Below are positions 54,613-64,000 of a stretch of DNA of 64,000 bases, piece after piece. Source of the DNA: Antedon mediterranea (Eukaryota; Animalia; Echinodermata). A model generated the notes under the pieces. The model was given only the letters and a program-made list of their open reading frames with translations, ran no database searches and was not told the origin of the DNA. The stretch lies in assembly GCF_964355755.1 (NCBI RefSeq), contig NC_092672.1, forward strand, positions 36,090,437 through 36,154,436. The letters run 5' to 3'. Position 1 is the first letter of the stretch, and each line of letters starts with the position of its first letter. The position numbers were made by a program, and so were the translations under genes.

Positions 54613-56227
54613 TGTGTGTTTAAACTTAATTTCTGTTTCATTATTGTTTACATTTTAGATAAAAACTATATATAAATCATAGCCTAATTTTATTATATCC
54701 TTTAAAATACCTGGTGGCAGTTTGAACTATGTGAACACGACACAGTTTTATATCTATACATGCCGTTAACTCCGTGAATTAGTTTTCGCATTAGATAAAG
54801 TCGAAATTACACAATTCAACCGATTGACTGTCCATTTTAAATCCGTGCCGACTCAACAATATGAATAAAGCGTTATATAATAAACTAATGTTTGTTACCC
54901 AAACAGAGACAAAATGTCATGGACTAGCCTAATCATTTGTTATTTATGATTGCTATAGATTAGATATATAGTCTAATGGATTTACTTTCCCTGAGCGGTT
55001 CACAGTTAACTGCCATTGGCGGTAATCCGGTAGTCGCTTTGGGATCGGTCTTTGCATCACAAACACAAACGAATCGTACCATCCGCCTGATATTGCAAAC
55101 GTTTGATTGATACAATTATTATAGTATGGATGATAAGTTGTAGGGGTATTTTATCACAATTATGAGATTAAATCAGATTGAGCGAACAATTCGTATCCCA
55201 AACTCGATGAACAGACGCACTCCGCTGTTATAACGTCCTTTTATCGTTTCCTAATGGCGCCAAATTGACGGAACGTAGCAGAACAAAACGCACTATGTTC
55301 GTCGGATAATTTTTCACTTTTAGTTTTACAAAGAGCCACCGAACAGGATAAGAGCCCGAATTAGAAAACCGACACTCAATTTAGAATATTGAAACCGTTT
55401 ATTGGTATTTAGTTATAAAATTAATCTCATATAAAAATATAAATTGCTGACTTCGATATCTTAGTCGAAGCACCAATATACCAATCGCGTGGATTATCTT
55501 CTCAAATTTCGCCTTTGAAATCGCGTTGGAGCGTGTATGATTTAATAAAAGGAACACTTAACATTAAAGCCTAGCACCCGGTCGCCGTATGAAAACACTC
55601 GACGAGTAACAACTCAGTACCCGGCGGCCGTGCTTCGACAGGTCAAGTGTGTATATCTTAGCCTACGGCTACATAAGCGTTACTAGTGTGTTATTAACTA
55701 GTGTGTTAAATTTATAAAAACTTATCTTTTTAGAATATACTTTCCGGTACTCTTTATATTTCTCATTAATTTTTACATAATATTGACCTTCTGTTGCCGC
55801 GTGTGTGTATGTTTGATGTTTGTAAGTTTGTACTTAATTTTGAACACTTAACATGTCGATCTGCTTTACTCTATCGGATTTGGAATCACTTTTATTAACA
55901 AAACCAACGAGTTTGTTAAGTAAACATCATCACTAGTAATGGTTGATAATACTTTTTCTTAACTCGTGTTAATCCGGATTGTCTGTCGTTTGATAAACAG
56001 TTTCAGTAAAATGGTACAGCATCACGTACGGAGTGAGAGTTTAGTTATAATGTGCGTTTTTTGTGTCAGCGCATTTTACGTCTGTTTTTAAATTGGAGAA
56101 AGTTTTAAACATTGATTAGCCTATAGGCCTTATATATATAATTATATACAAATGCAATTTTTCTTTTCGTTTTTTAGTCTTTCGTGACAAGTTATTTCAT
56201 CTTGCAATTATTATAACCATTTCTTAA

Positions 56228-56572
56228 AGATGTATTGTCCCCCAAAAACAAGAAAAATAAAGATTAATAAAATCAGACTTTGAATATATTATTTTATAGC
56301 TTTAATAAAGTAAATCATTTCTGTAGGAAAAAACTGAACAAAATTAATGTTTTCACTTATAAAATTACAAAATGAATGGTTAAATTCAACCAAAAACCCA
56401 CTGGCTGGCAGCCAATTTGGCCATTTTTTGCTTTAAATTACAGTTTTTCAGGTAAATACATTTTTTTTCGATCCAATTTTTGGTCAAAGTGGATAAATAT
56501 TATGTTACATTAAAATGACATGCTTAACAAAAATTTTGTTAAGAATTATTTTTTCAGGGGGACAATACATCT
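56228..56572. mobile_element. TTAA-flanked non-autonomous DNA transposon (Kolobok-like MITE family C)
   Basis: TTAA|AGATGTATTGTCCCCC...GGGGGACAATACATCT|TTAA with perfect 16-bp TIRs. The purine-purine start with a TTAA TSD fits Kolobok rather than piggyBac. Confidence 0.85.
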
Positions 56573-57270
56573 TTAATGTATTGTTAACCATTGATAGAAA
56601 TGTTGAATCGTGTATCAAAATTATAATTGCCATAGATAACACATCTACATGCTACCTACATTTTCTTTTTCCTTTTTTTTTTATCTTTACATTTTTTCAA
56701 CCTTTCTTAAATTATTATTTTTTTCATCATAACACACACTTTCGTTTCGTAGATTGTAATTTTAGGTTTTTTTTCTTGGAAATTATAGCCTAAAAACAGT
56801 TAAAAAAAAGTTTAGTTGTAATTATTAATTATCTTTGATATGATGAAGCAAAGTTCGTCTCTTTAAACATATTTAGCGTGATTATCAACATTTCCATGTT
56901 AGGCCTCCTGAATTGGCTCGGTGAGGCATCAGGATGACCATGAACGGCGGTCATAAATGCCTTATTTCCATATGCCGAGCACTATGTTTTCTAATGTTCA
57001 GGCTTAGGCTGGCCACACAATTTCTAAATTAGCGTTATAGAGATTAAATTAATTTTAAATATATTTTATTTTTGGAGAATCTGTATATTTTTCAACATTA
57101 ATATTGACTAAGTTTGATTACTAACAAAAATGTTTTAAAGCAATTTAATTTAATTTATATAATCAAAAACGCTTTGTAACAAGACAACATTATTTATAAT
57201 TTTAAAACAATACATTTGATATTAAGCAATTTAATTCATTGTATTCTTTATTATTTATATACAGTATATG

Positions 57271-57563
57271 GTTTTATTTAAGCCATCATTGAAACGCGTT
57301 TGGTTTTATTTAAGCCATCATTAAAACGCGTTTTGTATTATGCATTTGTTTTATTTAAGCCATCATTAAAACGCGTTTATTTATATACAGTACATGCATT
57401 TGTTTTATTTAAGCCATCATTGAAACGCGTTTGGTTTTATTTAAGCCATCATTAAAACGCGTTTTGTATTATGCATTTGTTTTATTTAAGCCATCATTAA
57501 AACGCGTTTATTTATATACAGTACATGCATTTGTTTTATTTAAGCCATCATTAAAACGCGTTT
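57271..57563. repeat. Higher-order minisatellite: 31-bp core x7, linkers 1/14/23 bp, 131-bp super-period
   Basis: Core GTTTTATTTAAGCCATCATT(A/G)AAACGCGTTT; the linker series repeats exactly. Confidence 0.92.
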
Positions 57564-58228
57564 TGTATAGAAACTGAAGAATGTTCCAAGTTGAGACAGT
57601 AGGCTTACGAATATTTGTAATATAATATTTATTTACGTCTCACCTCCAAATTTCGAAGTAAAATTAATAACAGCGGTAATCGTACCAGAGATAACAATAG
57701 TAGATAATATGGTGTTCTTTCTATGGATATTATATCTGAAATAAAGAATGCATGAATGAATTTATCCGAATCATTGCTTCTTTTCATCTTATGAAATTGG
57801 AATTCGTCATAAGAATAAAGAAAAATAATACATAGATTATTTTGAACAGACTTAAGCAAAATCATCAAAGATGTTTTTGCTAATTAAGCATTGATAAACC
57901 AGACAACGACAAATATGAGACTCGTAAATATTCATGATTCTTGTACTAAAAAAAATATTTTTCATTCTAAATTCTATGTTATGATCTCATTGAGAAAAGC
58001 TCAGAAAAAAATGCAATGCAAATTAATGACTTATATCTCCGTTAATGATAAGTTAAGTTCTGTTCAAATGTTAACCTATTCAATGAACAAGATTGACATC
58101 GAAGACCTTCGATAGTTAATGTGTTCTAATACACACATAGTGCACGAAAATGAAACTAGATACAAATGAACTTACTGTAGCAATGATGCTATGATGCTAT
58201 TCTCATTGAATCTCTTTTATTTATTCAA

Positions 58229-58354
58229 GTCCTCCAAAAACATGAAAAATGAAGATTAATAAAATCAGACTTTGAATATATTTTAAAAAAACTCCGAAAA
58301 TTTACTTATAAAATAACAAAATAAAATGTTTTTTTTCAGGGGGACAATATATCT
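58229..58354. mobile_element. Left-truncated MITE family C copy
   Basis: GTCCTCCAAAAACATGAAAAATGAAGATTAATAAAATCAGACTTTGAATATA...CAGGGGGACAATATATCT|TTAA. Confidence 0.75.
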
Positions 58355-58764
58355 TTAACGCATTCTTCAAATCAAATAAACACACCAGTTTGTAAGTCTC
58401 ATTAAAAAAATTAATCTTTAATAAAATCATGCATTATGTTTAATGTTCTTAAAATAAATGTCTACATTTTAAAAATATTGCGCTAAATATAACATTAACA
58501 ATATAACTATTTTTCATCGGAATTACGCATAACTAGGCTATATAATGAGCTTAAAGAAATATCCACGTTTGTTATACATTTATTTTAACATAACTATTAT
58601 ATCCTTAAACTTAGTCTAGTTTTTGTACACCTTTATATACAAGTGTTGATGAACTTTTTATAATCATCTTCTATTTTAACATATTTACAAAATCTCTCAA
58701 TCTTATCATCATTTGTTGTTATACATTTATTTAAGACACTATTAATACTGTTTAATATCCTTAA

Positions 58765-59247
58765 AGATGTATTGTCCCTTTGACTAATTCCAAAAAAATA
58801 AAAATTAAAAGATTTCGAAAAAAGTGGGTCATTTTGAAGTGTCATAATAGTTATTAACTTTCACCAAGAATTAGTCGAGAAAAAAAATATAGACGTTTTT
58901 TTGTTCAAAAAATAAGTTTTTGATAAAAACATATCTCATAATGCAACGAGCTTGTTTGGCTAAAAACTTCCTCGCGATCTGTGTGAGAACACCTTCTTAA
59001 CCGTGTCGAGAGTTGTAAACAATCCTAATTAGCATCATGCATAATGCATACTCGTGGTTTGCATTTTTTTGTTTTCCTTCGCTCGCAACGATTTGTAATC
59101 AATTAATTTACCTGTTAATTACGTAAACTTGTTTTTGGCTCGAATTTTTGACTTAAAGTTAATAACTTTAATTTTACTTTGATATGACCAATTTAAATTT
59201 AGAATATTTTGACCTTCATTTTTTGTGTTTGAAGAGACAATACATCT
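58765..59247. mobile_element. TTAA-flanked element with family C-type TIRs and a different interior
   Basis: TTAA|AGATGTATTGTC...GACAATACATCT|TTAA. Confidence 0.75.
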
Positions 59248-61226
59248 TTAAAATTTTGTCCAGTTTTGTGCACATTTTTACAAGTGTTGATATATTGTTG
59301 ATAATCATCTTCTATTTTACATATTTTACAAAATTGTACGAGCATCGTCAACAAAAGTTTTTTTTTATTTAGGCCTAAAGAATATTTCTGTTAAGATGTT
59401 GTGGTTTTACCAAAATCATTATCGTGATGAAAGTTCAGTTATATATACAAAATGATTTTGAGTGTTATTAACTATACATTCTTTGCTTGTGCCTAGCCCT
59501 ATGAGGATCTTTTCATGTTATCTATTTAATTAGATAATACGACCAATCGGCCTATAGGTTTATTTAGAATTGGCTTACTACGGCCGACTATGCTGCGTTT
59601 GGCATTCGGGTTATCATCATATCATATCATTTTATTTCACTTTACTAACAATATAAAAAAATTGGAGGAGCCTAAATGAAAGCATAGCTTGTAGTGAATA
59701 GGCTCAAAATCGATGTCACAGTACAGAACGAAGTTAAAAAAAACATTTTACTCCTTTTAGATCATGTTTGCTCTTCCCACAAATCTGTTTTGGTAATTTA
59801 CAATTTCCACAAGTTTGCGCATGACACACGGCGCCGTGGTACGCCCTCCCTAGGTTCAGAACGCCCTCCTGAGATATCTATTAATTCCCTGGAGTGGTGT
59901 AGTTAATGACAAATAAAGCGGCCCCGTAACTGGCATAATGTACACAGGACATCTGTGACATGCGCAAAGTTAGCCGATCGTTGACCCGCCTCCGTGATTA
60001 TCTATAGGCTTAATTCTGATCCACAGTTTTCATTTTACAGACATTTTGGCTACAAAATGGTTTTTGATGTGTTTTGCGAAATGTGCTATTGTTGCCGCGA
60101 CTCAGTTTATATGATAAGTTTGGACATATTTTTAGGTGGTAGATAGAATTGCGTAAATTAAACTGTACTACATCATAAACCATGTAGACACTCATAAAGT
60201 CATACTTATTGTACTACATCAGCTATGTGCGGGGCTACGAGTCTTACAATATTAAATCTGATTGGCCAAAGGAGGTGTCGATGAATGTCAAATATCAACA
60301 GATTACTACTTTGTAATTAATTTTAGGCCTATATTAAGCCAAATAAATTATCTGAGATCCGTGGTTCCCGATTGCCCGTCCAAAATTGCTTGCCAACGCA
60401 CGCACTTCTTTTTATCGTCTGATTGTTGCAGGATGTTCACCCCACATAGGCCAAACACTTGCATTGAAAACTCTAGTTGCTATCGGCAATATTTTCTGTC
60501 AGCGGCTCCTCTAGACACCCAGGCCGTCAGTACTGATTGTCTTGATCGTTAAGCCTAGCCTCCACTAGATCTGTTACAAATTTAACCGGCTGTGTTTCAG
60601 GCTCTTTGTCATCGCTCCAATTCCGTGATGTGTCGCCAATAACAATGTTTATGTATCCTATCAAAACCGAGTATATGTTCGTTTTTAATTTCTGCCACAA
60701 TAAAATAGGTTGATTGATGTAAATAATTCGAAATAGCGACAAAAATCTATTAGGACGCCTGCGAGTACCCTACATTTTGAGGTTATATTAGGTTCATTTA
60801 TGGCATTCGTGTTGTTGTCTCATAATATGCCCTAAATAATGTCATTTTTTCATGTCAGGTGACAACATTTAAAGAAAATTTGTTTAAGGGTTGATTCGTT
60901 CCGCGCAGGTTCAGTTGCAATCATTATGGTGGGTTAATTTATAGCGAATAACTAGGTAACTAGGAAATAATGCAATGCTGTCGCGTATGAAAAAGTTTAA
61001 AGTAATGTTGGAAAGGAGAGGGCGCTGTGCTTCTTTTTGATAAGTAAGTGTTTATTTCGATCATTATCATCATGTCATCCTGTGCTGGATGTAGCCCCCA
61101 TCATGATCTCTCTAAGCTATCGGCTAGTTCGCGCGCGCCTTACACAGATATCGCTTGGTGGTACCATCTCTCCATCTTCCAGTTCTTGGTTGCCATTCTG
61201 TGTAGGCCTATATATTGTTAATCGTA

Positions 61227-61770
61227 CTAGTTTATAAGACGGTCGTGATGCGCGTTAGGACTGTTCAATGCTGCTGCTAAGCGAGTCCAAAACACCTTCT
61301 GACCATCTGGATGCTTAGGCCATTCGATGTACGTTTTCTTTCTCAATATTTTTTGAAGTAATGTCGGCATGTTCCTGCTGGGAACAGACTCCAATATTAC
61401 AACAACAAATATATCTTCATGGTTATCGAACATACGGGTCCTTGCCATCTCCATTTCAAAGTAACACCACTCGCTTTTCGCAAAGTTCTTGGTAACAACG
61501 ATAAGCATTTTGCGGCTGTATTTAATTGCGTTCGAAATATTGTCAGCGATTGCATCACCAACAACGAAGTCTCGAAAGTCCACGCATAAACTAAATCCGA
61601 ACTCTGGGCCCTCTAACATCGGTAATGCTGACTTTAAGACCCAGTCCTGGTCTTTGCTGTTGTACGAGACAAACGCATCGTATCGAATTTGAACACCATC
61701 CACCGGAGGTGGGCCTTCATTTTCCAATCTCTCATACTGTTTCCGAAGCAGACGTCTCTGATTCCAGTAC
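61227..61770 (-). CDS. Toll-like receptor, final coding exon (juxtamembrane region + TIR domain)
   Basis: TIR box1 YDAFVSY, box2 LCVDFRDFVVG, SRKMLIVVTKNFAKSEWCYFE, TYIEWP and box3 FW. The acceptor GTTATTTTAG|G at 61771/61770 joins in phase 2 to give ...RWDIR-YWNQRR. Confidence 0.92.
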
Positions 61771-63032
61771 CTAAAATAACAATTTAAAGAATACATTAGA
61801 TAAATAAATTCCAGTCACCACAGATATGTTACAAAAGTTTACCAAATTAAACATTTAATTCTACAACAAAAATAAGACGTTTGCGTGTAATGATGTAACA
61901 ACTTCAACCCTAACATTTCGTCAACATGTTAACGCACTAATTTGTTTATGGTGGTCAAATTGAGTCTGGATACTTGCTGTTTTAAAATAAAAGTATGCTT
62001 AAGCATATTTGTACCCGTGTTCAAGGAAGCTGATGTTCTTATCTTTCCGTTTATTTATTATTTTTAAAGGATAAAAGTGTGGTGTGACATTTTTTTGTCT
62101 TAAGTTTTTATCTGGTATCCAAGTGTCAAGAAAGATTTACCCAGTTGCAACTGTAAAGAGGGTTACGTCGTAGATTACCTGATGTCCCATCGAAATAAAT
62201 AAATAAGAAAACCACAACTGACAGGAAAGCTGCAGAGCTACAAGTTGCAACTGTAAGGAGGATGACGTCATGCGTAGAATTACCTGTCTGATATCCCATC
62301 GAAATAAATAAGTAAGAAAACCAACAACTGTCAAGAAAACTGCAGAGCTACAAGTTGCAACTGTAAGGAGGGTGACGTCATGCGTAGACTTACCTGGTGT
62401 CCAATTTAAATAAATAGTAAGTAAACCAGCTACTTTCAAGAAAGCTGCAGAGCCACAAGTTGCAACTGTAAGGAGGGTGACGTCATATGCGTAGACTTAC
62501 CTGATGTCCCATCGAAATAAATAAATAACACAGCAACTGTCAAGAAAGCTGCAGAGCTACAAGTTGCAACTGTAAGGAGGCTGACGTCATATTCGTAGAC
62601 TTACCTGATGTCCCATCGAAATAAATAAATAAGGAACACAGCAACTGTCAAGAAAGCTTCAGAGCTACTAGTAGCGACTGTAAGGAGGGTGACGTCATAT
62701 GCGTAGACTTACCTGATGTCCCATCGAAATAAATAAGAAACACAGCAACTGTCAAGAAAGCTGCAGAGCTACAAGTTGCAACTGTAAGGAGGGTGACGTC
62801 ATATGCGTAGACTTACCTGATGTCCCATCGAAATAAATAAATAAGAAACACAGCAACTGTCAAGAAAGCTGCAGAGCTACTAGTAGCGACTGTAAGGAGG
62901 GTGACGTCATATGCGTAGACTTACCTGATGTCCCATCGAAATAAATAAATAAGAAACACAGCAACTGTCAAGAAAGCTGCAGAGCTACAAGTTGCAACTG
63001 TAAGAAGGGTGACGTCATATGCGTAGACTTAC
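61771..63032 (-). other. Phase-2 GT-AG intron (1262 bp) between the TM and TIR exons
   Basis: CAG|GTAAGT at 63033/63032 and TTTTAG|G at 61771/61770; splicing restores an open frame. Confidence 0.85.
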
Positions 63033-63105
63033 CTGATGTCCCATCGAAATAAATAAATAAGAAACACAGCAACTGTCAAGAAAGCTGCAGAGCTACAAGT
63101 TGCAA
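62113..63105 (-). repeat. ~108-bp tandem array (8 intronic units plus a partial unit) duplicating the TM-coding exon end and splice donor
   Basis: Donor G positions are 63032, 62924, 62816, 62712, 62604, 62500, 62393, 62283 and 62178. The first intronic unit is identical to the last 73 nt of the exon. Confidence 0.95.
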
Positions 63106-64000
63106 TGATAATAATCACCGTCACATCATAGCATTTTAAAGAGTCTGCATCGAAATTTAAAATACTCGTTTCGTTTTTGTTTTTACATGTTGTATGTTCA
63201 GTGTTAATGAATGTGACGTTAGTTTGATTTATCCATCGACGAAACCATACAAGATTACAATCACAATTAAGTGGATTGTAAGCAAATCCAAACTTAACTA
63301 ACTTTGTTAAATTTTGAATTCCGACTTTTTGATTTAATGTCGTTATTTTGTTATTTTGAATTGTAAAATATGCTATTTCTGGTGAACCTAAAAAAACGTC
63401 ATCATGTATTTTACTGAGCGCGTTGTGTGAAAAGTCGACATTTTGTAGAAACGGGTGGTTTCTAAAGATATCAGGAGGGAAACTGGTAATCAAGTTTGAA
63501 GTCAAATAAACTGTATTCAATTTACGACAATTGTTAAAACTTCCACTTTGTATAGTTTTAACTGAAGAATATCTCATATATAGAACTTCTAATGATATCA
63601 ATTTCTGGAACCAAATTCTTTTAACATGTGTAAGAGCACGGTTGTAGTTTAGCTGAAGAAATGTTAGCTTCGAGAGACCATCAAACGCTTGATCGCTTAT
63701 TGTTGTATATCCCAGAAGATTACCGTCCAGATTTAGTAAAGTCATATCGTAGAAATTAACTAAATCGTCTGATTCAATTGTGGTGATATGGTTTTCATCA
63801 AGTCGCAGAAGTCCAACATCAACAGGTATATCTTCCTTAGGAATATGTTTGAATGATTTCTCTCTACAATTAACAGAATGAACAATGTATATTTCAGATG
63901 ACGAAAAGTGGGGGCAATATTTACAGGTACAAGTTTGTGGGCACTTCGTTGTGTTTGGTAGTTGAGTTCCATTTATTCTAAACGGATTGTATGACGTACA
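63033..64000 (-). CDS. Toll-like receptor ectodomain + TM exon (5' end outside the window)
   Basis: The frame is open from 64000. It contains LRRNT CPQTCTC...VNCREKSFKHIP, about 8 LRRs (e.g. LTFLQLNYN, LNTVYLTSN, LQNVDFSHN), LRRCT NPLNCDCNLVWF...C...C and the TM segment VIIIIATCSSAAFLTVAVFLIYLF. Confidence 0.92.

Noticed and set aside
57271-57563. CRISPR-like array (GTTTT...AAAAC repeat with spacers)
   Set aside because: Linkers are 1, 14 and 23 bp and recur exactly in a 131-bp period. There are no cas genes and the context is eukaryotic.
61050-61200. RTE-like LINE 3' end in the TLR 3' UTR
   Set aside because: Only a vague WR motif and an (ATG)n-like tail; too weak to call without a search.
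24504-61770. Bacterial CBASS-like operon (cyclase + TIR effector)
   Set aside because: The genes are 31 kb apart on opposite strands, the TIR belongs to a spliced TLR, and the cyclase has animal Mab-21 motifs.
61771-61796. MYSLNCYF as start of a stand-alone TIR protein
   Set aside because: These codons are the intron's pyrimidine tract and acceptor; splicing to the TM exon explains the ORF.
62137-62439. 100-aa hydrophobic ORF as a separate gene
   Set aside because: It is a read-through of degenerate TM repeat units.
62998-63032. 35-nt GTAAGT...CTTACAG mini-introns making each repeat a 73-nt exon
   Set aside because: Shorter than typical animal introns, and the product is out of frame (AGT TGC AAC TTG TAG).
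63760-63972. 70-aa minus-strand ORF as TLR N-terminus
   Set aside because: Wrong frame; the TLR frame is open from 64000 through 63745 and contains the LRRNT.

Overview
AT-rich, gene-poor animal genomic DNA. A marine invertebrate such as an echinoderm is inferred from the SINE/MITE content and immune gene types; this is not proven. Two innate-immune loci are supported. (1) A tandem pair of single-exon cGAS-like receptor (cGLR/Mab-21 nucleotidyltransferase) genes: an intact 702-aa copy with a helical TPR-like tail (27995-30103) and a multiply frameshifted upstream paralog (24504-26508). An 81-bp inverted fragment of a further paralog lies just downstream. (2) A minus-strand Toll-like receptor (LRRNT, ~8 LRRs, LRRCT, TM | intron | TIR) that runs off the right edge. 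Its intron is mostly an array of ~108-bp copies of its own transmembrane-coding exon end plus splice donor, and each copy carries a perfect CRE palindrome. The remainder is non-coding: a tRNA-derived SINE, TTAA-flanked and TAA-flanked MITEs, four tiny CATGGAG elements with 7-bp target duplications that resemble P-element excision footprints, a near-identical 840-bp tandem duplication and several minisatellites. All alignments and counts were done by eye; no database search was possible.
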